The notes below the pieces were generated by a model that was given only the letters and a program-made list of their open reading frames with translations, had not been told where the DNA came from and searched no databases. This document shows, one piece after another, positions 51,886 to 63,290 of a DNA stretch of 64,000 nucleotides. The position numbers and the translations under genes were made by a program. How positions within the stretch are numbered: the first letter of the stretch is position 1; each line of letters opens with the position of its first letter. The stretch is from Torpedo marmorata (lineage: Eukaryota): assembly GCA_977017645.1 (NCBI GenBank), contig OZ360228.1, forward strand, positions 11,408,001-11,472,000, written 5' to 3'.

Positions 51886-54800
51886 TTGTTCACAGTTTTT
51901 CCATCTTTCTCTGAATGTCTTATGGGTATATTTTGTAAGTATCATTGACCCTTCTTATTCAAGTGCCCACTACCTTACCCTATCTTGAGAGTACAACTGA
52001 CCAAGTGCCAACTGTTGAACATTGACTTATTTTCCCCAGAAATTATTTCCATATCTGCCCAGTAAAAGATGAATGACTTCTGCCTCGCAAAACGATACAC
52101 AAAATGGTTTGAGCAGTATAATAAATTCTGATCAAACTATTACGCATTCAGAAAGCAGAAGAAATTTCAAAAAGTGATTTGTTAAAAGTCAGGTTGTATA
52201 TTTCAAGTTTGTGAAGTGAGTGATTATACAGACCAAGTTGATGGGATGTATATGGATTTTTAAGAAGGCATTTGAATAGGCTGTCTCACAAAAAAAACAT
52301 TGCTGATCAGTTAGTGGCTGCTCATGCAAGGGGAGTTGACAGTAAGGGCTATAGAACGTGATCCCTGAAGAACCTTGCAACTCAAATTTATTGATGCTAC
52401 AGATACTGCATGTCATGGGGATGAATAACATCAATAAAATCATTTTTTTCGCTGAGAATCAGATTGCAGGAAATCCAATAGCCAGCAATTGAGAGAGAGA
52501 GGTGCTGGGATATCCTTGGTTGCAAATTGGGACATTTTGCAAATTGGATCAGACTTCAACGCTGAAAGTCAAACAAAGAATTTTGTGATACACTTTACAT
52601 TGGATGTTGGAGATATGATCATGTCTGCCACTGGATTCACCAACGAGCCCAAGAGCAAAGCAGCACTTAATGAAGAGGTGGGATCAAGGTGCACTTTGCA
52701 TCCAACCCTCGGTTCTACACCAGAAAGGGCTGGCACGTACCCAACAACTCCATGGAGAAAGGGGAGCCAAGATACGTTGTTCAACTCTTTTAGTTTAAAA
52801 AAAAACTAAGTGTTTAACATGATTTTCAATGTTTATTTTGTTGGGTTTTTTTTAAAATTAATAAAAAAACATTATTGAGTCAAACAATAGAGAAACAGGC
52901 CTCCACATCCATGCCAACCATCAAGCACCCATCTTTTCTAATTCCATAAACCAGTGCTTGGTCTGCAGTCTTCTATGTTGATGAACAGCATTTGTGCAAT
53001 TGGATGCTTGATGATTGGCTGAGACATGGGAGATCAAAGGACCATTTTCTGTGCTGTATTACTCCATGACAGTATTATTTACTTTAATAGTTCATTAAAA
53101 AAAAATCTTTGAAGAACACAAAAAATTTTTTAAAAACTAAAAATAATGAAAGGATTTGTCTGAGGACTTGTATTTTTAAATTATTTTAAACCAAGCTTAA
53201 TAGTGATTAGAATTATTACAAACTATAAACACCTTTGACAGATGCCTCTCAGATAATTATCTTATGCAGTTTCTACAATTAAAAATGAGTGGGTAGTAAG
53301 GATCCAGTGCAGGATGATTCAGCCCAACGCATATTTATTTCCTGCAGGGATTCTCATCTTTATATTCCATTCCAACCAATGAAACACACAGCTGAGTAAT
53401 TGTAACATCAGAGCTTTCTCTCTCTGTCTTTATGGTCTTACTAACTGAAATTTCATTGAATTTCATAAAATTTCCAACCAATCTGGATAGGAATACTGGG
53501 ACCCTTGTCATAATTACATTTCTTCAGTTGAAAATTTTACTTATACAGAAATTTTCATTGTTAATGACTGGTTTAAATGAATAATTTATATTTGTCATAC
53601 TTGTCCTGCATATGTATTGTTTGTCTGTATGTGTGTTATGTCTGGTTGTATGTTTGCGTGTTTTGCACCGAGGACAAAGAACGCTGTTTCATTGGCTTGA
53701 ACTTGTACAATCAGATGACAATAAACTTGACTTGACTTGAATAATCACATTCCTCTTTAGTGGAAACAGGCTTTCCTTAATACCTCAATTAAAATTCTTC
53801 ATGAGCTTAATTTCAGTAAATTTTCACATAACTTTCTGATGATAAGCATACAGTATCTCAAACTTATCATGGCGAGAGTTAACATTCTTGTTCAATTTAA
53901 CTTAATTAAATCTGAAGTGTCTAAGAAAAAGGTGAAGGGGAGGTGGGAAAGTGAAGAAACAGATGGCAATTTTTTATTCACTCAACCACTGGCCTTTAAT
54001 CTCGTCAAAAATCTCTTTACAATGATTTAACTGATCTGAACTGGCATATTATGAATGTGTGGTGAGTTGTACGCTCTTAGAGATTACTATCTATTTCAGT
54101 TTAGTGGATTACTGAAGGATAAGGATGCTGAGCTCACAGTTGCAATCATTTTTTTAGTAATCTTGTAGGAAGAGCACATTTATTGATGCTTCAACACAGT
54201 ATATAGCTCTACAATGATGATCCACTTGAACCAATTGCCCACCATCATTCAGATCTCGAGGTCACAAATACAAGATGGTATTTGGCCGAAATGCTCGTGT
54301 TATCCATTGAACATTACAAGAAAAAAGACTTTCATGTCTTCAAAACAGAAAGAGAAATAATCCAAACTATTTCTGTTCCAGAAGTTGCCTCTTATAAAAT
54401 GCTCCAATATAACACTGATCATTGCTTTCATTATTCCAAGATGAGCCAAAGATCTTGCAGCTATTTCAGAATCTCTAGGAAATGCTGGTCAAAGTTTGTC
54501 CCTAGTCAAATGACACTAGAAAGTAAACAAATAAAGGAAACTAGGGTAAAGATACAAGCAGAATAGGAATATGTCTGGTTCAGAAGTCAGGGAAAATGAT
54601 CAGAGGAAAATGTGCTGACTACAACATGTAACAATGGCTTAAAAGGATGGATTTCCTTTTGTAAAGCATTAAATGTCACATACATACAATATACCTTGCA
54701 GGATTTTAATATTATGTTTAGTTAAGCCATTTTAATTTGATTACATACATTTTATTTCATTTTTCCAGGTTTTTTTCCCTAAAAGTAATTAATAATGCAT

Positions 54801-55272
54801 TTGGAATATTTTAAATTCATTCTTAAGTTCCTCCCTCACCCTGTAAAACGGGAAATGACAGAATGATCATACTCAAGCTGTATAAATTGCTAGTTAGGCC
54901 AATTAACTGAAATGTTTAAAATTATGAGTGGCCTGGAGCAAGTGGAGATAAATACCTATTTCATGTAATGAGCAGAAGAAAAAGAATGAAATGAATTGGT
55001 AGGATTTGAGGAAACTCTCCTTCACTCAAAGTTTGGAAGCAGACCAAAATTCTTTATTTGAAAGCACTGTAAACACGAAAGCATTCATTATATTTAAATG
55101 TGCTTGGGAGATTGCCACTTAAGGCTACGGGCAAAACGATGGGAAGTGGGATAGTCATTTTTGGGTTGGCACGGATACAATGGATTAAATATCCTCTCAT
55201 AGTGCCTATGATTTGACAAGCAACTTTTCCTTTGTCGAGCCTGCCCCAGATCTAGTGCACCCTGCTGCCTAC

Positions 55273-55408
55273 CTGCAAGTGCTGCCGTGGCTCTGGTGAG
55301 CGCTCATTATCCAGGCTGTTTGCCCGCTCATTCTGCTGCCTGGCAGGCTGGCGCTCTTTCAGGGATGTGCTTCTTCCACGACGTCCTGGTTGTTTCCCCT
55401 CGGACCGA
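55273..55408 (-). CDS. PACS2: PACS2 exon ([45 protein letters not shown])
   Basis: tttttctttcag| and cag|gtaggc; 136 nt, phase 2 to 0; [13 protein letters not shown] and [10 protein letters not shown] motifs point to PACS2 rather than PACS1. Confidence 0.95.
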
Positions 55409-55984
55409 CTGAAAGAAAAATCGTGGCAAAAAAACAAACTCAAATCAAGACCGCACGAGCTAAAACCATCAACCCAATGGTACAAAAATGCAAATACCAC
55501 AAATCTATGATTTCTACTGGAACTTTGAGCTAACAGTGAGAAGTTGGATGGACTCAGCGGGTCAAAACAGAGGTTGGTAGACATGGTCAGTCAACTGTTC
55601 AGGTCAGGCTCTTTATTGAGACTCAAATAACGTTGAGAATCAAATGATGCACACATCCATGAAGCTGAATGCAACTTCTCAAAGCTTTAAAAGTGGTCCT
55701 GGCCATTTCAGTTTAATTTAGCAGTGAAGAAAATGAATTCCAAAACAAAAAATAAGTGCTGAAAACTCCAATGGGCCAGTCAGCATTTGTGCAGCGCAGA
55801 GAGAAGCAAATTCAACAATTCAGGTTGATGACCTTTTATCAGAACTGGTCACTGACCTGATCTTCTGAAAAAGAAATAGAGAAGTTAAGTAAAGGAACAG
55901 ATGAATCAATGGACAATGAATGTGAGAGCTGGGTGGAAAATGGTAGTAACTTCCAAGTTCTGTGTGTGGCTGGAACCGAGTGGA

Positions 55985-56228
55985 GCTTTATTGATTTTCT
56001 TTTGTTCTCTCTGTATTGCACAGTCAGTTTGTTTACATTCGTTATCTGTTTACAGTTTTTTTATTTGTTTACATGTTTACGCTGTGTACAGTTTATTTTT
56101 TTGCACTACCAATTAGTGGTAATTCTGCCGTGCCCGCAGGAAAAAGGAATCTCAGGGTTGTATGCGATGTCATGTATGTACTGACAATAAATGTGAAAAA
56201 ATAAATAAATAAAATAAATAAATAAAGG
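55985..56228 (+). mobile_element. Rex1/Babar 3'-UTR-only insertion with (aaat)n tail
   Basis: Close reverse-complement match to 31070-31262. Confidence 0.85.
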
Positions 56229-57899
56229 AGGAGGTATTCAATGCAAGAAAGTTCAGCCAGGCAAAGGAAGGTGGTGGTGGAGGACTGATCATACCTCTGT
56301 TCATGAAAGCGAACAGCAGCATGGGTTGGAAGTGTAGCTTGATCAGAGATTAACAGTGAAAATTTACTGGATGAATCAAGAAACTTAAAATGCCTGGGTG
56401 ATGAATTGAAGTTAGATTTTGTGTTGCAGCTGAAGATGAGAATAAACAGGGCAAGAGAAGAAAGAAGAGCCAAGGTGAAAAGAAAAGTTCAATGAGCAAT
56501 ACCACGTTGAAAAGTCAGGTCTGCTGCAATAGTCTTGGTTATATATCTTGGGAGGAAATAGATAAGGTTGGAGAAGGTGGAAGAATCTCTAGCAGAAAAA
56601 AGGAAATTAAGGTCTTGGAAATAATGGCCTGATAATGTCTTGTGGGATTATTGTGCAGAAGGAGGCATGGCACTCAGCCTCTGAAATGGTAACGGCTAGT
56701 TCACCAAGAAAATACTACCCTTGTCAAAAGGTCGGATGACAAGTTTGGAGTTGGTCCTCAATGTTTTGAGTCCTGCAAGTTCAGAGATGGACAAGAACCT
56801 TGAATAAGTGAAAAAAATGAGACTCAATGTCATATCAACAGTTTGCGATGAAAAGTCGTACCGTTTGACAATAGTTATTCTGCCAAAAGCAATTATGGCA
56901 AGAACATGGAATACAAATTTACTCAAATACCTGTAGTCACTGAGTTGAAAGAAATTCAGTAACCAAAAGAGACTTTTCATCATACATTGATGAAGGGCTC
57001 ATGCCCAAAACAATGGTTATGTATCTTTATCTTTGCTACATAAAGAACGCTGCATGACTTGCTGAGTTTCTCCAGCAATTTTGTGTAAACTATAATCAAT
57101 ATAATTATTACAGACAAGTTTCTGTTTGAAGCAGTGGTGGATATGCATGCAGGCAATGGGAGACAAATTTAGGAATCAAAGTAGGTCACTCAGCCCCTCA
57201 TGACTTTTCTGACACTTAATTAAATCACAATCCCAATGAAAAAGCTGGTAGGAATCTCACTTTTAGAATTTCTAGCCTCTCCTTTTGCTGGAGAAGAAAT
57301 GCTTTCTATTCCCCTTTGGTTCCTATCATCACTACAAAAGAATGTTGCTCTAATTCTCTTGCTCTAGATTCTTCCAAGAAAAATAGTTTCTCTTACACAT
57401 CAAATCTTTCAACGATCTTAAATCATTCATTAGATCACCTGCAAATCTTCAATTGTCAAATGAATCCATATTTAGTGCAAGCCACCTGTTTCACAGAAAC
57501 TAATATAATTTATCTCAGAAATGGATGGTGAAATAGGCTTTGAGAGGCTCATGAAGGACAAGAAACTTAAAACTAGAAAGCATTGTGGAAAATCTGCCAA
57601 AGTATATGGTGGAGGGAAAGAACTGAAGGTTTCGTGCAAAAGATATGGGTAGCTGAAGGATAAAGGAAATAAGAGAAGGTTGGGGTCTTCCATCTTGACA
57701 CTGCTGTGTGATGAAGTGACCATTAACTACATATAGATATCAGTACATGGTCCACAATTCCAGGAGTGGGAGTAAAAAGAGTTTGCTTCAGGCAGTCTGG
57801 CTAGTTTAGACAGCTGGTGCAGTTCAAGTGCTCTAGGAAAATAACATGAAGACTTTCTTCATCTAATTTTTAAACATCAAATTGCATTTTAAAATGGAA

Positions 57900-58220
57900 A
57901 TCCATACATTACACAAAATGATGCTTGTGTATAAATGTAAACTACACACAGGGCAACAAATGACAAGGAACTCAACAAGTGTAATTTATGGCTCAACCTC
58001 TCTCAAAAATCAGAATGAAGCTGTCCTGCCCTTACTGAACCATGGGCTGTTTTACATGAGGGAGCACACAGGGCCGTGGTCTCACCTAAAAGATATTTCC
58101 TCAAACATTACAGGAATTAATCTATACAGTGAACCTAGATTACAAGCAGTCACTGTAATAGGACTTGAAACTACCACGCCTGGACTTAAATTGAGAGTGC
58201 AACCTGATGAGCCACTGGTG
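57900..58220 (-). mobile_element. Ancient Deu-domain SINE-like remnant
   Basis: ccatgggctgttttacatg, gggccgtggtctcacctaaaaga, ggacttgaaac...agagtgcaacc..tgagccac resemble the reverse-complement Deu/tRNA head. Confidence 0.4.
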
Positions 58221-58271
58221 AGCATGCAATTTATATTTCCACGCTAATTTCCTCCACAGAATGAGGCTTAC

Positions 58272-58396
58272 CTACTAGAAGGAATAATCAATGATTCTGT
58301 CTTTGTGATTTTTCCACTGGGTGGCAGCTTTTCGAAGAAAGTATCTGCATTGATGCTTTCAGATCCCATTGCTGCTTCTTCCTGCTGTATTTGATC
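58272..58396 (-). CDS. PACS2: PACS2 exon (DQIQQEEAAMGSESINADTFFEKLPPSGKITKTESLIIPSS)
   Basis: Donor ag|gtaagc is firm; acceptor taken as tctgttccacaaaag| (125 nt, phase 0 to 2), with in-frame alternative AGs 12 and 15 nt further in; contains LPPSGKITKTESL. Confidence 0.88.
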
Positions 58397-58427
58397 CTTT
58401 TGTGGAACAGAGAACAAAAACATATGA

Positions 58428-58695
58428 GGCGGCATCGTTGGCGTAGCGGTTAGCGCAACGCCTTTACAGCGCCAGCGATCGGGACCGGACCTGGGTTCAA
58501 ATCCCGCGCTGTCTGTAAGGAGTTTGTACGTTTTCCCCGTGTCTGCGTGGGTTTTCTCCGGGGGCTCCGGTTTCCTCCCACCTTTCAAAAATGTACCAGG
58601 GGTGTAGGTTAATGGGGTGTAAATTGGGCGGCACGAACTCGTAGGGCCGAAATGGCCTGTTACAGTGCTGTATGTCTAAATTATTTTTAATTTAA
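58428..58695 (+). mobile_element. Young V-SINE (HE1-like)
   Basis: A-box tggcgtagcgg, B-box ggttcaaatcc, V-domain, CpGs largely retained. Confidence 0.92.
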
Positions 58696-58699
58696 AAAT

Positions 58700-59230
58700 A
58701 GTTTGCACCACAGGCACTTTGAGCACTGCAGAATCCATCTGTTTTGTGAGACATCAGGGTCTTTATATTCTTTATATTGGAGGAACAACACCTCATATTC
58801 CATCTGGGCTCCCTCCAACCAGATGGCATTAACATTGATTACTCCGGTTTCCTTTAGCCCCCCCACCGCCCCCCAATCTATACCTATGTCTCCTTTCCTT
58901 TAACTGTCTCTCTTCCCTTCTCCTCTGTCTCCTTTCCCCCAGCTCTGCATTCATAGAGCCAAACCCCCCCCCAACCAATTTTCACCTTTTCTCTCTCCTG
59001 TCCTCCTATCCATATCCAATTAACACCTATCATCTGTTGGTCTGTGCTCCTCCCCCTGCCCTTTCTTTCTCCCCAGCCTTTTAATTCAGGTGCCTGCCTT
59101 GAAGAAGGTCTCAGGCCTGAAAAGTCAGTTATATATCTTTACCTCTTTTGGACACTGCGAGGCCTGCTGAGTTCCTCCAGCATTTCTGTGTTTTTACTAC
59201 AATCAGTGTCTGCGGACTTTCGTGTTTCAC
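58700..59230 (+). mobile_element. Penelope-like 3' fragment with terminal repeat
   Basis: ttggaggaacaacacctcatattccatctgggctccctccaaccagatggcattaacattga (LEEQHLIFHLGSLQPDGINID); terminal ctgctgagttcctccagcatt motif. Confidence 0.75.
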
Positions 59231-59384
59231 TCTTTATGTTCCCCAAACAGAGTGTACAGAGTAATTATTAATTTGCCTGCCCATTTTACTACTTCACAAA
59301 ATAAGTTTCTGCTTTTAATCCAACACCTCAAGTGCTCTTTCAGAGGATTGTGTGCCAGCACTTCAGACCCAAGCAGGGGAATTA

Positions 59385-61211
59385 TAGTGCCCTCCATAAT
59401 GTTTGGGACAAAGACACTTTATTTGTCCCTGTGCTCCATTGTTTTAAATTCGTAATCAAACAATTCACATGTAATTAAAGTGCACATTCCATTCCAATTT
59501 ATAAAAACCTACTCCACAACAATCTAGTCTTCCCTACTACACACCCATAACCCTCTATTTTTCTTACATTCTTGTACCTTAGAGTCTTAAATGTCCCTAT
59601 TGGCTCAGCCTCCATCACCACCCCCAGCAATGCATTTCAAGCACCCACCACTCGGTGTAAAAAAAACTTAATTCTGACGTCTGCCCTAAACTTTCCTCCA
59701 CTCATTTTCTTTGTTTGTCTTTTGGTGGTCCTGGAGTTGTTTCTGGCTATGGTAGCACCGGGAGGTTCAAGAGCTTCATGGGTCATAAAATGAAGTTCCA
59801 CAGCATGGAATCAGACTTGTCAGCCCAACTCGCCCGTGCCAACCAAGATGCCCAGCTTGGCTATTCCCAGCTGCTTGCAATCTGCCCACATTGCTCTAAA
59901 TTTTTCCTATTAATGCACCTGTCCAGATGAACTTTAAACTACATCTACCGTATATGCTGTTGTATAGGAAGACTCTGCATAGGACAACCCTGGAATTTCC
60001 ACCTAAAATGTGGGTTTTGAGCGATATCCTTTGTATAAGATGACCCCAAATCTGGCACTTACCGTTGACCAGTGGATGCTGTTAAAAGCAAATCACAATA
60101 TTTTAATAACAAATTATCATTTAAAGGTTTAAATTTTATTTGGATATTTTAAAATAAACCACTGTCAGCTCCTGTAACAGGCCGTTTGAAGCCTGTACAG
60201 AGCCCTTTTGTATACATTTTGGTTTGACCATGTAGAAATGACAGCACTTTTTATACACAGTCCCCTCATTTCAGGGCACCATAATGTTTGGGACATTTGG
60301 CTTCACAGGTGTTTGTGATTACTCAGGTATGTTTAATTGCTTCATTGGTGCAGGTATAAGAGAGCTAGGCTCGCTTCTAAGCTTTTGATCACCTTTGGAG
60401 TCTGTAGTTGCCATTTTTCAACATGAGGACCAGAGTCGTGCCAATGAAAGTCAAAGAAGCCATTATGAGGCTGAAAAACAAGAATAAAACAGTAAGAGAC
60501 ATCACCCAAACCTTAGGATTACCAAAATCAACTGTTTGGAACATCATTAAGAATAAAGAGCGTACTGGTGAGCTCACTAATTGCAAAGGCACTGGGAGGC
60601 CAAGGAAGACCTCCACTGCTGATGACAGAAGAATTCTCATCATAATGAAGAAAAATCCCCAAACGTATGTCTGACAGATCAGAAACACTCTTCAGGAGGC
60701 AGGCATGGATATGTCAATGACTAATGTCCGCTGAAGACTTCATGAAAAGAAATACAGAGGCTACACTGCAAGATGCAAACCATTAGTTAGCCACAGAAAG
60801 GATGGGTAGATTACAGTTTGCCAAGGTTTTTAAAAGAGCCATTATAATTCTGGAAAAAAGGTCTTGTGGACAGATGAAACCAAGAATGACATGTATCAGA
60901 GTGATGGTAAGAGAAAAGTGTGAAGGCATAAAGGGACTGGCCAAGATCCAAAGAATACCACCTGTACTCACAAACACCTGTGAAGCCAAATGTGCCAAAC
61001 ATAATGCTGCCCTGAAATGGGAGAACTATGTATAAAAAGTGCTGTAATTTCTACATGGTCAAACCATAATGTCTACAAATAACCTTGAATAAAATCTGGA
61101 ATGTGCACTTTAATTACATGTGAATTGTTTGATTACAAATTTAAAACTGTGGAGCACAGGGGGAAATAAAGGATAAAAGTGTATTTGTCCCAAACATTAT
61201 GGAGGGCCCTG
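59385..61211 (+). mobile_element. Tc1 DNA transposon, IR/DR type, internally deleted; left TIR interrupted by ~710 bp of other sequence
   Basis: ta|tagtgccctccataatgtttgggaca at left pairs with tgtcccaaacattatggagggccctg|ta at right; left TIR resumes near 60206; inner direct repeat ccataatgtttgggaca. Confidence 0.88.
60423..60960 (+). pseudogene. Tc1 transposase N-terminal remnant (paired-like HTH, GRPRKT, first catalytic D in WTDET); rest of the DDE domain deleted
   Basis: LGLPKSTVWNII, GTGRPRKTSTADDRRI, ARCKPL, KVLWTDETK with in-frame stops. Confidence 0.88.
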
Positions 61212-61499
61212 TATATCCCACATTTCATTTACTTCCTCAGTGATAACATATTGCAAAGTGTAAAACATGCGTCAATGGCAACAGATTTAAAACATATAGA
61301 GGCTCAAGCAATTTCAATATTGATCACAATATAAAAAAGAAAGAGGAGGAGCAAGAAAATAGGCTTATTGAGGCTGTTCTACCATTCAATTAAACATGGC
61401 TGATCCAGTCTAAGCCTCAATATGTCATTCCTAATCTTTTTGGCATGTCCCTCGATTCCCTTATTCATATATTTCATTTACTTCCTCAGTGATAACATA

Positions 61500-62134
61500 C
61501 AGGTGCCTAACCTTTTATCCGTAATTCCGAAAACCGAACATTTTTTTCCAGTATATTTTCAGGTGTTTAGCTTAGTTTGAGCCAGTTAATGTTTGAAGTT
61601 TTACTGTATGTTTGACTTAAAAATAAAAAGTATGCTAGTAATTTTATGGTCTATCTTTATCTCACTTCATTTACCGCCCCCATCCAGCGCCGCGCTGCGA
61701 ACGCCCCCATCCAGCGCCTCTGCGAACACCACCGCGAACCCACCCCATCCAGCGCCACCGCGAACACACCCGTACTGCGCCGATGCGAACACCCCCATCC
61801 TGCACTGCCGCGAACACCCCTGTCCTGCGCCGCCGCACACACCCCCATCCTGCGCAGCCGCGAACACCCCCATGCAGCGCAGCCACGAGCGCTGCCGCGA
61901 ACACCCCCGTGCAGCGCCGCCACAACCTCCCCCCCATCAAACGCCGCCACAACCCCCCCATCAAGCGCCGCTGTCCAGAAACCCTTCTAGTTGGAGTGTG
62001 TCTTTGTTTTGGAGAATCTGAAGCAACGCAATTATTTAAAAGTACCGCCGTTAAAATAATTCTATAATCCGAAAAAATCCGAATTCCAAAAAGTGTCCGG
62101 TCCCAAGGTTTTCGGATAAAAAGTTAGGCACCTG
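61500..62134. mobile_element. pogo/Tigger-like MITE, copy 2 (635 bp) with expanded internal GC-rich repeat
   Basis: Same TIRs and TA TSD as 49554-50002; longer ccatccagcgccgc..gaacacc array. Confidence 0.9.
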
Positions 62135-62189
62135 TATTGCAAAGTGTAAAATATGCGTCAAATATATTTCTACCCCAGAGAGCAGAAAT

Positions 62190-62830
62190 GAATACAGTGA
62201 ATATCGTGAATATATTCAACGACTCACCTCCACAGCCCTCTGGGATAGAGAAAGGGATTTACAACCCTTGGAGAGAAGCAATTCTTTGATTTCCATGGAA
62301 AACAAGTTGACCCTTTACTCTGAAACTACTGTACATCCGGTAATTGTGGGTGTCAACAATAGAAGAAACATCCTCTCACCACCCACCCTGTCAACCCCTC
62401 TTAGAATCCTATCTGTTTCAATATGATAATCTCTTATTTTTCTAATCTGTAATGTGTATCATCTGCTCAATATCATTTCATTCATCAACCCATTTATCAA
62501 GCCCAGCAATCAAGCTCATGAATCTTCTCTGTTCTGCCTCCAATGCAAGTACATCTTTCCTTATATATGATAAACTGAACATAGCACTCCAGTGGAATCT
62601 AAACATACCTATCATTATACTTCACACCCTTGCAATAAAAGCCACCATTCCATTAGCTCTCCTGATTATATGTACCTACATGCCAATTGTTTTAGTTTCA
62701 CATACTGAACCTGCTGTACCACAACATTTTGCAGTCTATTTAAGTAATAATCTTCTTTTTCATTCTTCCCTCCAAAATAGATCATTTCATTTTCCCTCAC
62801 ATTATACCTGTTTCAAACTTTTGAATCTTC
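62190..62830 (-). mobile_element. Degenerate CR1 fragment
   Basis: cctccacagccctctgggatagagaa, gaatcttctctgttctgcctccaa, cccttgcaataaaagccaccattccattagc. Confidence 0.6.
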
Positions 62831-62994
62831 CTGATTGTTTCCCATGCCCTGTCTTACCAACCACTTTCCCATCCATTCATTAACGAATCCGTTCAGATAC
62901 TTCCCATTTCACTTTTGGTTAAAGCTATGCTTATCTAACATTCATCTTTTAATTCTTGACTGCTCACTTTTGATGTTAACTTTGAAAAGCTTAG

Positions 62995-63290
62995 CATGGT
63001 GACTGAGCAAGAAACACCAGTGACACGGATTAAATCCTGATCTATGGTGCTGTGTGTGGAATTTGCACATCATGTCCTAGGTATCCTGAAGGTGCCTGAT
63101 TTCCTCCCAAAGATGTGGAAATTGGTAGGTTAATTGGACAATGTGAGTTGCAGTGTCTTGCGGTGGGGGGGTGGGAGGGATTATGTGGAAAGAATAAAAT
63201 AGGATTCGTGTAGGATTGTGTAAGTGGACATTTGGCGCAGACTTAGTGGGCTGAAAGGTCTGTTTGTGTGCTCTGAGAGTGTTTCCATGT
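62995..63290 (+). mobile_element. Old V-SINE-like remnant
   Basis: gctgtgtgtggaatttgcacat...gatttcctcccaaagatgtg...ggtaggttaattgg. Confidence 0.5.

Noticed and set aside
511-58396. PACS1 instead of PACS2
   Set aside because: [40 protein letters not shown] and [10 protein letters not shown] match my recollection of PACS2; a reciprocal BLAST would settle it
58428-58510. tRNA gene
   Set aside because: A/B boxes belong to a SINE head that runs straight into the V-domain; no complete cloverleaf or Pol III terminator
60063-60078. Possible 16-nt PACS2 microexon (ttttaacag|catccactggtcaacg|gtaagt on the minus strand)
   Set aside because: Not a multiple of 3, no PACS2 similarity, and it lies inside sequence nested in a Tc1 TIR, so it is not an ancestral exon; a cryptic poison exon cannot be excluded without RNA-seq
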